A stretch of DNA of 64,000 bases, from contig JAKPEE010000069.1 in the NCBI GenBank assembly GCA_029552125.1, positions 93,641 through 157,640 on the forward strand, in the 5' to 3' direction. Positions 8,155 to 17,437 of this stretch are shown in pieces; the first letter of the stretch is position 1; each line of letters begins with the position of its first letter. Under the pieces are notes generated by a model. The model ran no database searches. It was not told where the DNA came from and saw only the letters and a program-made list of their open reading frames with translations. The position numbers were made by a program, and so were the translations under genes. The stretch comes from Bacillota bacterium. Lineage in GTDB: Bacteria > Bacillota > Dethiobacteria > DTU022.

Positions 8155-9498
8155 ATGACCGTCAACAAGGAAGAACTACTGGCCAAGGCGAAGAAACCGG
8201 CTCAGGAGGCCATGCGCCTACACCCCTTTTATAAAGGGAAAATAGAGGTAAACCTGAAAAGCTGTGTCCGCAATATAGACGACTTTGCCATCTGGTATAC
8301 CCCCGGCGTGGCTGAACCGTGCAAAGCCATTGCCCGGAATAAAGAAGATGTTTACAAGTACACCAATAAGGGCAATTTTGTCGCCGTTGTTTCCGATGGG
8401 ACGCGGGTGCTGGGTCTGGGCGATATCGGCGCCGAAGCGGCCATGCCGGTGATGGAAGGGAAAGCGCTGCTGTTTAAATACTTAGGGGGCGTGGATGCTT
8501 TTCCGATCTGCGTGGACACTAAAGACCCGGAAGAGTTGATTAAATTTGTCAAGCTGATGCAGCCCTGTTTCGGCGGCGTCAACCTGGAGGATATCGCCAG
8601 CCCCAAGTGTTTTGAAATTCTCGATCGCCTGCGGGCGGAATGCCATATTCCCGTGTGGCATGACGATCAGCAGGGCACAGCCATGGTCAACCTGGCCGGC
8701 CTGTACAACGCCCTGAAAATTGTGGGCAAGAAGATTGATCAGATCAACGTGGTGATGCTCGGTTCGGGAGCGGCCAATATTTGCACCGCCCGCCTGCTGA
8801 TCGCCGCCGGCGTTGATCCGGGGAAAATCGTCATGTGCGACAGCAAGGGCACCCTGCACAAGGGGCGCGTTGAACTGAAAGAGACGCACCCGGCCAAGTG
8901 GGAGCTTTGCCTGAAGACCAACGCCGCGGGCCTGGTCGGCGATGCGGCGGCGGCGTTCGAGGGTAAAGATGTGGCCATCTGCCTGTCCACACCCGGTCCT
9001 GATACGGTGAAAAAAGAGTGGGTGGCCAGTATGGCCAAGGACGCCATCGTCTTCGCCTGCGCCAACCCCATTCCTGAAATCTGGCCCTGGGAAGCCCAGG
9101 AAGCAGGGGCGAAAATTGTCTCCACCGGCCGTTCCGACTTCCCCAACCAGGTCAATAACTCCCTCGGTTTCCCGGCCATATTCCGCGGCGTCCTCGATGT
9201 CCAGGCCTCAACCATTACCGACAATATGTGTATTGCCGCGGCACAGGAGCTGGCCGCCTGCGCGCCCGACGGCGGGATGAACCCGGAAAAAATATTGCCG
9301 ACCATGGACATGTGGGAAGTATTCCCCCGGGTAGCCACGGCCACAGCCCTGAAGGCCATTGAAGAGGGCGTAGCCCGGCTGAAGCTGAGCCGCGATGAAA
9401 TTTACCGGAAAGCGGAAGAGACGATCCGCCGCGCTCAGGAACAAACCCGATGCGCGATGGAACACGGATTTATTCCGGAACCCCCGCCCGGGGAATAG
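8155..9498 (+). CDS. NAD(P)-dependent malic enzyme of the short prokaryotic type.
   Basis: Malic-enzyme motifs (FAIWYTPGVAEPC, VVSDGTRVLGLGDIGA, NVVMLGSGAAN). RBS AAAGGTGG; ATG at 8155. Confidence 0.85.
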   Translation: MTVNKEELLAKAKKPAQEAMRLHPFYKGKIEVNLKSCVRNIDDFAIWYTPGVAEPCKAIARNKEDVYKYTNKGNFVAVVSDGTRVLGLGDIGAEAAMPVMEGKALLFKYLGGVDAFPICVDTKDPEELIKFVKLMQPCFGGVNLEDIASPKCFEILDRLRAECHIPVWHDDQQGTAMVNLAGLYNALKIVGKKIDQINVVMLGSGAANICTARLLIAAGVDPGKIVMCDSKGTLHKGRVELKETHPAKWELCLKTNAAGLVGDAAAAFEGKDVAICLSTPGPDTVKKEWVASMAKDAIVFACANPIPEIWPWEAQEAGAKIVSTGRSDFPNQVNNSLGFPAIFRGVLDVQASTITDNMCIAAAQELAACAPDGGMNPEKILPTMDMWEVFPRVATATALKAIEEGVARLKLSRDEIYRKAEETIRRAQEQTRCAMEHGFIPEPPPGE

Positions 9499-9513
9499 AC
9501 AAGGAGGAAAATC

Positions 9514-10194
9514 ATGCGCGACGGCATAGGAACAGTTGATATCTATGTCATGGGCAAGCAGTACCGGGTCCCGGAAACCCTGACCATACTGGAAGCCATG
9601 GAGTATGCCGGTTACCAGATGAAGCGCGGCTGCGGCTGCCGGGCCGGTTTTTGCGGCGCCTGCGCCACCGTCTACCGTATCGCCGGGGACTTTGAACTGA
9701 AAGTGGGACTGGCTTGCCAGACCAAAGTGGAGCAGGGGATGTACCTGGCCCAGATCCCTTTCTTTCCGGGACGCAAGGCCATTTTCAACCTGGAAGAAAT
9801 CAAGCCCTCGGTGGCCGATTTCGCCCAGCTCTACCCGGAGGTCTTCCGCTGCCTGGGCTGCAGCTCCTGCACCAAAGTCTGCCCCCAGGATATTGACGTG
9901 ATGCAGTATATTGCCTATATTCAGCGCGGTGATTTCGCCAAAGCAGCGGACCTGTCCTTTGACTGCCTGATGTGCGGACTTTGCGTCTCACGCTGTCCCG
10001 CCCACATTGTCCATTACAATGCCGCTCTGACCTCTCGCCGTCTCTACAGCCGCTATCTGGCCAAACCCGATGCTTTCCTGGCGGAGCGGGTCCGGGAGAT
10101 TGAAAACGGCGCCTTTGACGCCGAGCTGCAGGAGCTAATGGAATCCAGCCGGGAGCGGCTGCAAGAGCTTTACAACAGCCGTGAAATCGAGTAG
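9514..10194 (+). CDS. Succinate dehydrogenase/fumarate reductase iron-sulfur subunit-like protein (SdhB/FrdB-like).
   Basis: 2Fe-2S motif CGCRAGFCGACA, then CLGCSSCTKVCP and CLMCGLCVSRCP. RBS AAGGAGGAAAATC precedes the ATG. Confidence 0.75.
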   Translation: MRDGIGTVDIYVMGKQYRVPETLTILEAMEYAGYQMKRGCGCRAGFCGACATVYRIAGDFELKVGLACQTKVEQGMYLAQIPFFPGRKAIFNLEEIKPSVADFAQLYPEVFRCLGCSSCTKVCPQDIDVMQYIAYIQRGDFAKAADLSFDCLMCGLCVSRCPAHIVHYNAALTSRRLYSRYLAKPDAFLAERVREIENGAFDAELQELMESSRERLQELYNSREIE

Positions 10195-10220
10195 CAGGCT
10201 TAAGAGAGGGAGGTAGCACA

Positions 10221-11822
10221 ATGGCATATACACCGCAGTTGCGCGAGTTGATGAAAAAAGTTGAAGAAACCCGGCCTTCCCGGGTAGGCAACCCTTTCCC
10301 CCGCATGACCCCCGAGGAGAGGCAGGAGGTCCTGAAAAAATTTCACCCCGATTATAACGAGGAGGGCTTCCGTGAAATAAGGGTCGGCGTGGATAAGGGG
10401 AAGCGCATGCCCACAGAGATGGCCGATGTGATCGAAGCGTACAGCCGCCTTAAAGGGGTGGCCCTGGACCTGAACACTTTTGACTACGATGTGGATGTAT
10501 TGATCATCGGCGGCGGCGGCGCCGGTGCCTCGGCTGCCCTGGAGGCCCAGGCCGCCGGCGCGGAAGTGCTTCTGGTAACCAAGCTGCGTTTCGGCGACGC
10601 CAATACGATGATGGCCCAGGGGGGTATCCAGGCTGCTGACAAGCCCAACGATTCCCCCGGGATTCACTACCTGGACGTGGTCGGGGGCGGGCGCTTTGAG
10701 AACATCCCTGAACTGGCCCGGGCGCTGGTCATGGATGCTCCCCTGGTGATTGCCTGGCTGGAAAAATTAGGAACCATGTTTGATAAAAAAGAAGACGGCA
10801 CCATGATCACGATCCACGGGGGCGGCACTTCACGCAAGCGCATGCACGCGGCCCGCGATTATACCGGGGCGGAAATTATGCGCACCCTTAGAGACGAGGC
10901 CTATAACCGCGGCATTAAGGTTATTGAATTCTGCCCGGCGGTGGAGCTGCTCCTGGATAAACAGGGCCGGGCTGCCGGCGCGGTGCTCTACAACCTGGAA
11001 ACAGAGCAGTATTATATCGCCCGGGCCAAAACGGTAATTATCGCCACCGGCGGTTCGGGGCGGCTGCATTACCGGGGCTTCCCCACCAGCAACCACTACG
11101 GCGCTACTGCCGACGGGCTGGTCATGGGCTACCGGGCCGGGGCGAAAACGATCTATGCCGATTCGATCCAGTATCACCCCACCGGAGGGGCCTACCCGCC
11201 CCAGCTTTTAGGGCTCCTGGTTACCGAAAAAACACGGGGGCTCGGAGCGACACCCCTGAATGTTAAAGGCGAGCAATTTGTCTACCACCTGGAGACCCGG
11301 GACGTGGAATCGTCGGCCATTATCCGCGAATGCAAGGAGCGCAAACTGGGCGTACCGCTGCCCACAGGAATTGATGCGGTCTGGCTTGATTCCCCCTTGA
11401 TCGAACAGATCCACGGCGAAGGCACCATTGAGCGCCAGTTGCCGGCGATGCTGCGCCAGTTCGCCCGCTTCGGCGTTGATATTCGCAAAGAGCCGATGCT
11501 GATTTACCCGACCCTGCACTACCAGAACGGGGGGCTGCTGATCAACGAAAACGGCCAGAGCACCATCGAAAACCTCTATGTGGCCGGAGAGACAGCAGGC
11601 GGTATTCACGGCACCAACCGGCTCATGGGCAACTCCCTGCTGGACATTCTTGTTTTCGGCCGCAGGGCGGGACGCCATGCCGCAGCCAAGAGCAAAGAAA
11701 TGGCCGCACCTGAAGGGCTGAACCTGGATCACCTGGAACAATACCACCGGGAGCTGGATCAGGCCGGCATTGGAGCGGAGCGCGTTTCTCCGATGCTGCT
11801 GCCCCGCTACACCCACCGTTAA
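10221..11822 (+). CDS. FAD-binding flavoprotein of the fumarate reductase/succinate dehydrogenase/L-aspartate oxidase family, with an N-terminal extension of about 85 aa.
   Basis: Dinucleotide-binding motif VLIIGGGGAGASAALEA and the FrdA/SdhA-like RLMGNSLLD near the C-terminus. RBS GGGAGGT. Confidence 0.75.
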   Translation: MAYTPQLRELMKKVEETRPSRVGNPFPRMTPEERQEVLKKFHPDYNEEGFREIRVGVDKGKRMPTEMADVIEAYSRLKGVALDLNTFDYDVDVLIIGGGGAGASAALEAQAAGAEVLLVTKLRFGDANTMMAQGGIQAADKPNDSPGIHYLDVVGGGRFENIPELARALVMDAPLVIAWLEKLGTMFDKKEDGTMITIHGGGTSRKRMHAARDYTGAEIMRTLRDEAYNRGIKVIEFCPAVELLLDKQGRAAGAVLYNLETEQYYIARAKTVIIATGGSGRLHYRGFPTSNHYGATADGLVMGYRAGAKTIYADSIQYHPTGGAYPPQLLGLLVTEKTRGLGATPLNVKGEQFVYHLETRDVESSAIIRECKERKLGVPLPTGIDAVWLDSPLIEQIHGEGTIERQLPAMLRQFARFGVDIRKEPMLIYPTLHYQNGGLLINENGQSTIENLYVAGETAGGIHGTNRLMGNSLLDILVFGRRAGRHAAAKSKEMAAPEGLNLDHLEQYHRELDQAGIGAERVSPMLLPRYTHR

Positions 11823-11836
11823 AAGGAGCGCCTTAA

Positions 11837-13009
11837 ATGCTCAAGGGGCTGCAAGTGCTGGATCTGACACGGCTGCTGCCGGGGCCGCTGTGTACCATGC
11901 TGCTGGCTGACTACGGCGCCGCAGTAATTAAAGTGGAAGATCCCTTTTCCGGCGATCCAACCCGCGCGGTGGGAGATCCGGTTGGCGGGATGGGCTCCTT
12001 TTTCCGGCAGCTTAACCGCAATAAAAAAAGCATCTGCCTTAATTTAAAGACGGCGGCGGGAAAAGATATTTTCCGCCGCCTCGTTTCGCGCAGCGACGTG
12101 CTGGTGGAGGGCTTCCGCCCGGGGGTAATGCAGCGCCTTGGCCTGGATTACGAGTCGTTAAAGGAGATAAACCCAGGCCTTGTTTATGCTTCCATCTCCG
12201 GCTACGGCCAGGAGGGCTCCTACCGCCACCGTGCCGGTCACGATATAAATTATGCGGCCCTCTCCGGGCTTCTGGGCTTAAGCGCCGCCCCGGGCGAAGG
12301 TCCGGTAATGCCGGCGGTGCAGGTGGCCGATATAGCCGGGGGTTCTTTAATGGCGCTGGCGGGGATTTTAATGGCCCTTCTGGCCCGGGAACAAAGCGGT
12401 GCCGGTGCTTACGTGGACGTTTCCATGACGCGGGGCCTTCTGCCCTGGCTCACTTATGCGGCTTCATACTTAAAGCATCCGGAAGCTTTGCCGCGGCGCG
12501 GCAGCGGCCATATTACCGGTGCCTTTGCCTGTTACAACCTCTACGAGACCGCCGACGGAAAATACATGAGCCTGGGAGCCCTGGAGCCGGCATTCTGGCA
12601 AAACTTTTGTACCGCCGTAAACAGAACCGACTGGATTCCGCTGCAGTTTGATGAATCAGTGCGGGAAGAGCTGATCAAAGAAGTGCAGGCTCTATTTAAA
12701 GAGAGGACGCGCGATCAGTGGGTGCAATTTTTCAGTAATGGCGATGCCTGCTGCGAAGCGGTCCTGGATCTGCCCGAAGCGGTGGCGCACCCCTTGAGCC
12801 GGGAGCTGGGCTTCTGGATCAATGCTTCTGCGGAAAGGGGCTCACCGGAGCTTCAGCCCGGTTTCCCCCTGCTTTTTAACGGCAGCGCCGGAAGTTTGCG
12901 CCTACCGCCGCCGCGCCTGGGCGAGCATACCGCGGAGATTTTGCACGAGCTGGGTTATGCGGAACATACCATTAAAAACCTGGCCAAAGAAGGCATCATC
13001 AACAGTTAA
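11837..13009 (+). CDS. Family III CoA-transferase (CaiB/BaiF family).
   Basis: LQVLDLTRLLPGP, VIKVEDP and GYESL-type motifs are typical of family III CoA-transferases. Confidence 0.85.
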   Translation: MLKGLQVLDLTRLLPGPLCTMLLADYGAAVIKVEDPFSGDPTRAVGDPVGGMGSFFRQLNRNKKSICLNLKTAAGKDIFRRLVSRSDVLVEGFRPGVMQRLGLDYESLKEINPGLVYASISGYGQEGSYRHRAGHDINYAALSGLLGLSAAPGEGPVMPAVQVADIAGGSLMALAGILMALLAREQSGAGAYVDVSMTRGLLPWLTYAASYLKHPEALPRRGSGHITGAFACYNLYETADGKYMSLGALEPAFWQNFCTAVNRTDWIPLQFDESVREELIKEVQALFKERTRDQWVQFFSNGDACCEAVLDLPEAVAHPLSRELGFWINASAERGSPELQPGFPLLFNGSAGSLRLPPPRLGEHTAEILHELGYAEHTIKNLAKEGIINS

Positions 13010-13063
13010 AAAGATACCGGGGGGCTGCCCTTTAGACAATCCCCCTTCTACTGCGGGGCCTTA

Positions 13064-13780
13064 TTACAGTTCCATGGCCGGGTTTTCGCGGTGTACAAAA
13101 CCGGTTTTGACCCGGCAGTGAAAGAGCTCTTCCAGGAGCGCGGCCAGCCTGTCCCGGGCCTCTAGGACTGCCGTTTCATTAATCCCGCGAAAGCCGTCGA
13201 TGGGGAAGAAAATGTTGCGGCACTGCGGGGTAATTTTGCCGTCTTCGCCCTGGCGCCAGATCCAGCGGCGGGTTTTAACCCGGTTCCCACTGGCATAGAC
13301 CAGTTCACCCGGATCGGGCGGCTCGTTTTCTCCGCCGCCAAAAGGAATGAAAATATCCCCGGGCTCGCTGAAGCGCAGCTCTATGTCCCCGGAAAAGCGA
13401 TCCATGTCGTGGGCCCCGATGGGCAGATGGTAAAGCAGCGAAAAGGCATTGGCCAGGTCCACGGCATTGTTAATCGAGGGCGGAGCGCCTCCCTTGGCCA
13501 CTCTTTGGGCCAGCGCCTCGATGGAGGAAGGATATTTATTGGGATTGTATCCCAGGGTGCGAAAGGCTTCGCGATAAGGGAGAATGGCCGGGTGCTCTTT
13601 AATCTTGCCGCTTTGGAAATCTTGCGCCGCCCGGGCCGTGGCTTCCTGCAAAATAGCCGCGATTTCCGGGCGGGAGGTGCGGTTATCCACCTCCCGGGCG
13701 GTAACCACGCCGAAACAGGCGTCTTTAAGGATGGCAAATACCTTTGCTTGCACAGTAAATCTCACTATTTTCAACCCCAT
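13064..13780 (-). CDS. B3/4 domain-containing protein (tRNA-binding-like domain).
   Basis: 238-aa ORF that resembles conserved B3/B4-domain proteins from memory. The start is uncertain. Confidence 0.55.
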   Translation of the reverse strand: MGLKIVRFTVQAKVFAILKDACFGVVTAREVDNRTSRPEIAAILQEATARAAQDFQSGKIKEHPAILPYREAFRTLGYNPNKYPSSIEALAQRVAKGGAPPSINNAVDLANAFSLLYHLPIGAHDMDRFSGDIELRFSEPGDIFIPFGGGENEPPDPGELVYASGNRVKTRRWIWRQGEDGKITPQCRNIFFPIDGFRGINETAVLEARDRLAALLEELFHCRVKTGFVHRENPAMEL

Positions 13781-14029
13781 TTCCTGCCGGGCCCGGCTGA
13801 TAACCGGGCGTAAACATTTAGAAACGACAAGGCCGGCTTAAAATTAATTCGCTGCTACTTCTGCATTACCTGCCTGGCTATGATCTCCCCTTGTTCATGC
13901 TCCGGCGCTCAGCGGCTTTGCTTCTTCCCAAACCCTGAATATGCTCCGGCCCTTTCCGATCACTATTTTTTACCTGCAGCGGGTAAACTAAGTTATAACA
14001 AGCATATTTTTTACGGATGAGGTGGTTAA

Positions 14030-14203
14030 ATGGCGCGCACTTTTGAAATTGGCGGGCTAAAGGTTACCCGCCACGTGGATAAAAGTGAAATTAATGCCTT
14101 TGTCGCCGGGCTTCCCCCGGAAAAGAGAGCGGATCTCAAAGAAATGCTGCTGGCGCTCCATGAAAAGGGGTTAATTACTATTGAAGAAAAGCTTTTACAT
14201 TAA
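14030..14203 (+). CDS. Small hypothetical protein of 57 aa, not in the supplied ORF track.
   Basis: RBS GAGGTGG plus a 6-nt spacer, then ATG at 14030. An uninterrupted frame (MARTFEIGGLKVTRHVDKSEINAFVAGLPPEKRADLKEMLLALHEKGLITIEEKLLH) runs to TAA at 14201-14203 in an otherwise empty intergenic region. Confidence 0.35.
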   Translation: MARTFEIGGLKVTRHVDKSEINAFVAGLPPEKRADLKEMLLALHEKGLITIEEKLLH

Positions 14204-14248
14204 GGGCAGCCATAAACAGATTCTGCTGCCGCCTGGAAAAATTAATAG

Positions 14249-14277
14249 TTTACCGGCGTACAGGTACGATCTATAAT
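14249..14277 (+). promoter_or_regulatory. Sigma-A-type promoter driving a probably leaderless nth mRNA.
   Basis: TTTACC-N17-TATAAT, with the ATG of nth 8 nt after the -10 element. No SD is present. Confidence 0.4.
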
Positions 14278-14284
14278 ATAAAAT

Positions 14285-14941
14285 ATGTTTAGCCGTAACC
14301 ATGAAGAGGCAGAAGCAAAACGAATCCACACTATTTTTACACTGCTTGAGCAGCTCTATCCCGGAGCGCAAACAGCCTTACACTTCGCGAACCCGTTTCA
14401 ACTTCTCGTAGCCACGGTGCTGTCCGCCCAGACTACGGATGAACAGGTGAACCGTATTACGGCGAAACTGTTCCCCCGGGCGGGTTCGCCGGAAAAGCTG
14501 GCCAGAATGGAGCGGGCGGAACTGGAGCGCTACCTGCAAGGCTGCGGGCTTTTCCGGCAAAAAAGCCGTTTTTTAATTGAAGCCAGCCGTATTATTGTCG
14601 AAAAACATGGAGGTAAAGTGCCCGATACCTTTGAAGCCCTGGTGGCGCTGCCCGGCGTGGGCCGGAAAACCGCCAATGTTATTTTAAGCAACGCTTTTAA
14701 CAAGCCCGCCCTGGCCGTGGACACCCATGTCTTTCGCGTCGCCCGTCGGCTGGGGCTGGCTGCCGGCAAGAAAGTGGAGCAGGTTGAAGAAGAGCTAAAG
14801 GCCTTACTGCCGCCGCATGAATGGGGCAGGGTTCACCACCGCCTTATTGCCCATGGCCGCCGTATCTGCAAAGCCTTACAACCGCAATGCGGCGACTGTC
14901 TACTGGGACCATGTTGTCCGTCCAGGCATATAAGATCATAG
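14285..14941 (+). CDS. nth: Endonuclease III (DNA glycosylase/AP lyase).
   Basis: HhH-GPD motif (LVALPGVGRKTANVIL) and the C-terminal Fe-S loop Cx6Cx2Cx5C (CKALQPQCGDCLLGPCC). Confidence 0.85.
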   Translation: MFSRNHEEAEAKRIHTIFTLLEQLYPGAQTALHFANPFQLLVATVLSAQTTDEQVNRITAKLFPRAGSPEKLARMERAELERYLQGCGLFRQKSRFLIEASRIIVEKHGGKVPDTFEALVALPGVGRKTANVILSNAFNKPALAVDTHVFRVARRLGLAAGKKVEQVEEELKALLPPHEWGRVHHRLIAHGRRICKALQPQCGDCLLGPCCPSRHIRS

Positions 14942-14992
14942 GTTGGCACATGCGAAAACTGGTACACTATGAGGATCCGGAGGAGGGGTCAA

Positions 14993-17437
14993 ATGGCCTG
15001 GAAAAAACTGAAAAAAGAGGATTTAAAATATCACTGCGATCCGTTTCTTCTACCGTATGACACTACGGCGGAAGTGCCGCCGCTGGAAGGCATGATTGGG
15101 CAAGAACGGGCGGAGCGGTCCATGGAATTCGGATTGAAGGTAAAAAGGCACGGCTACAATATCTTTATGTCCGGAGCCACCGGCACCGGAAAATCCAGCT
15201 ACGCCCGCGCCATTATCGCCAAAATTGCGGCGGAGGAACCGCCGCCCGATGACTGGTTGTATGTCTACAATTTTGACAATCCCGGGGAACCGATCGCCCT
15301 AAACCTGCCTGCCGGGACCGGGGTGGATTTTTGCCGCCAGGTGGAAGAGCTGCTGGAAGAACTGCATCAGGCTATCCCCAAGGCATTTGACGGGGAGGAG
15401 TATGAGCGGCAAAAGGCGGCTTATGTCAAGGAATACCAGGAAGTGCGCTCCGATTTGCTGGAGGAATTGAATAAAGCGGCGCAGGAGCAAGGTTTTTCTT
15501 TAAAAAGGACCAGTTCGGGCTTTATTACCGTGCCCCTCATTGACGGCGAGCAGGTTGGAGAAGAAGAATACAGCAAACTGGACCAGTCGGTTAAGGATGA
15601 GCTCGAGCGAAAGTCAACAGAGGTCCAGTTGAAAGCGATGGAAATTATGCGCCGGGTCCAGGCGGCGGAGCGTGAATTAAAAGAAAAATTCAAGCAACTG
15701 GATCAGCGTATCGCCCTGGCCGCCACCGGGCATCTATTTAATGAGCTGCTGGAAAAATACAGCGCTTACCCGGCCGTGCAGAAATATCTTAAAGCTTACC
15801 AGGAAGATGTCCTCTCCAACCTGCACGAGTTCAGGGGAGAAGATGATGAGCAGCAGCAGTTACCTTTGCTGTGGCTGCGCCGCCAGAGCCAGGAGCAGAC
15901 AAACATCCGCTACCGGGTTAATCTGCTGGTGGATAACCGGGATACAAAGGGAGCGCCGGTCATATACGAGGCCAATCCCTCCTATTACAACCTGCTGGGC
16001 CGGATGGAATATGAGAATCGCTTCGGCATGGTTTTTACCGATTTCTCCATGATTAAAGCCGGGGCGCTGCACCGCGCCAACGGCGGCTACCTTATTCTAC
16101 AGGCCAAGGATGTGCTCGGCGGACTGCAATCCTGGGAAGTGCTGAAAAGAGTGCTCAAAACCCGGGAAATACGCATTGAAAACATGGGGGAACACTATGG
16201 CCTCATTACCATGTCCACATTGCGGCCCCAGCCGATTCCGCTGCAAATTAAAGTAGTGATGATCGGCAGCCCCTTGCTCTATCAACTCCTCTATTACTAT
16301 GACGAAGATTTTCGCAAGCTGTTTAAAATTAAAGCGGACTTTGATGTGGAGATGGATCGGGTTGCCGAGAATACTGTCAAGATGGCCGGTTTTATTGCTT
16401 ACCACTGCAAGCAGCAGCAACTGCGCCATTTTGATCGCTTTGCCGTGGCCAGGGTGGTGGAATACAACGCCCGGCTGGCAGATCACCAGGAAAAGCTGAG
16501 TACCCGCTTTAACGAAATTGTAGAGCTGCTCTGCGAAGCCGACGCCTGGGCGGAGCTGGAAGGGCTGGAACAGGTTGGCGCGGCACAGGTGGAAAAGGCC
16601 GTGGCTGAAAAGATCTACCGCTCCAACAAGTACGAGCAGAAGCTGCTGGAAGCAATTGATAAAGAACAGATTTTGCTGGACCTGGAGGGGGAAAAGGTCG
16701 GACAGATTAATGCCCTTTCAGTAATTGACCTGGGGGACTACCAGTTTGGCCGGCCTTCCCGCATCACCGCCAATACCTACCTTGGGTGCCGCGGCATTAT
16801 CAATATTGAACGGGAAAGCCAGCTCAGCGGGCGCATCCATGATAAAGGCGTTTTAATCCTCAGCGGCTTTTTAGGATTGCGCTTCGGCCGCCTGGTCCCG
16901 CTAAACCTCTCGGCCACCTTATGCTTTGAACAGTCATACTCGGGGGTGGAGGGCGACAGCGCCTCCGCCGCGGAGCTGTTTTGTTTGCTTTCCAGCCTGG
17001 CGGACGTTCCCCTAAAACAGGGGCTTGCCGTAACCGGCTCGGTCAACCAGAAGGGGGAGATTCAGCCGGTGGGCGGGTTGAACAGTAAAATCGAAGGGTT
17101 TTACGAGGCCTGTAAACGTAGAGGGCTAACCGGTGCGCAGGGAGTACTGATCCCGGTGCAAAATCAAAAAAATCTAATGTTAAAAGATGAAGTGCTTGAG
17201 GCGGTAGAGCAGGGCCGCTTTCACATTTACTGCATCTCCACCGTCGATGACGGGCTGGAGCTTTTAAGCGGCCTCCCTGCCGGGGAGTTGCAGGAAGACG
17301 GGCAGTTCCCGCCGGGAAGCTTTAACTACAAAGTGCTGCAGCGGCTGCGCCAGTTTAATGAAGCCCTGCGCGCGGAAAAAGAGCAGGAGGATAGCGGTGA
17401 GCGGGGCAAGGGACCGGAACGTGGAGGCAGCCACTGA
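14993..17437 (+). CDS. Lon-like ATP-dependent protease (AAA+ ATPase plus a C-terminal Lon S16 protease domain).
   Basis: Walker A GATGTGKSS, a Lon protease Ser-Lys dyad (EGDSASAAE...VGGLNSKIEG) and RBS GGAGGAGGGG before the ATG at 14993. Confidence 0.75.
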   Translation: MAWKKLKKEDLKYHCDPFLLPYDTTAEVPPLEGMIGQERAERSMEFGLKVKRHGYNIFMSGATGTGKSSYARAIIAKIAAEEPPPDDWLYVYNFDNPGEPIALNLPAGTGVDFCRQVEELLEELHQAIPKAFDGEEYERQKAAYVKEYQEVRSDLLEELNKAAQEQGFSLKRTSSGFITVPLIDGEQVGEEEYSKLDQSVKDELERKSTEVQLKAMEIMRRVQAAERELKEKFKQLDQRIALAATGHLFNELLEKYSAYPAVQKYLKAYQEDVLSNLHEFRGEDDEQQQLPLLWLRRQSQEQTNIRYRVNLLVDNRDTKGAPVIYEANPSYYNLLGRMEYENRFGMVFTDFSMIKAGALHRANGGYLILQAKDVLGGLQSWEVLKRVLKTREIRIENMGEHYGLITMSTLRPQPIPLQIKVVMIGSPLLYQLLYYYDEDFRKLFKIKADFDVEMDRVAENTVKMAGFIAYHCKQQQLRHFDRFAVARVVEYNARLADHQEKLSTRFNEIVELLCEADAWAELEGLEQVGAAQVEKAVAEKIYRSNKYEQKLLEAIDKEQILLDLEGEKVGQINALSVIDLGDYQFGRPSRITANTYLGCRGIINIERESQLSGRIHDKGVLILSGFLGLRFGRLVPLNLSATLCFEQSYSGVEGDSASAAELFCLLSSLADVPLKQGLAVTGSVNQKGEIQPVGGLNSKIEGFYEACKRRGLTGAQGVLIPVQNQKNLMLKDEVLEAVEQGRFHIYCISTVDDGLELLSGLPAGELQEDGQFPPGSFNYKVLQRLRQFNEALRAEKEQEDSGERGKGPERGGSH

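Noticed and set aside
8739-9359. Long antisense ORFs inside well-supported genes. Examples are 8739..9359 (-) within the malic enzyme gene, 10200..10667 (-), 11208..11816 (-), 37396..38034 (-), 58354..59049 (-), 60155..60574 (+) and 63314..64000 (+).
   Set aside because: These are typical shadow ORFs of GC-rich DNA. They have no RBS and no recognisable protein family, and they are fully embedded in strong family-matching genes on the opposite strand.
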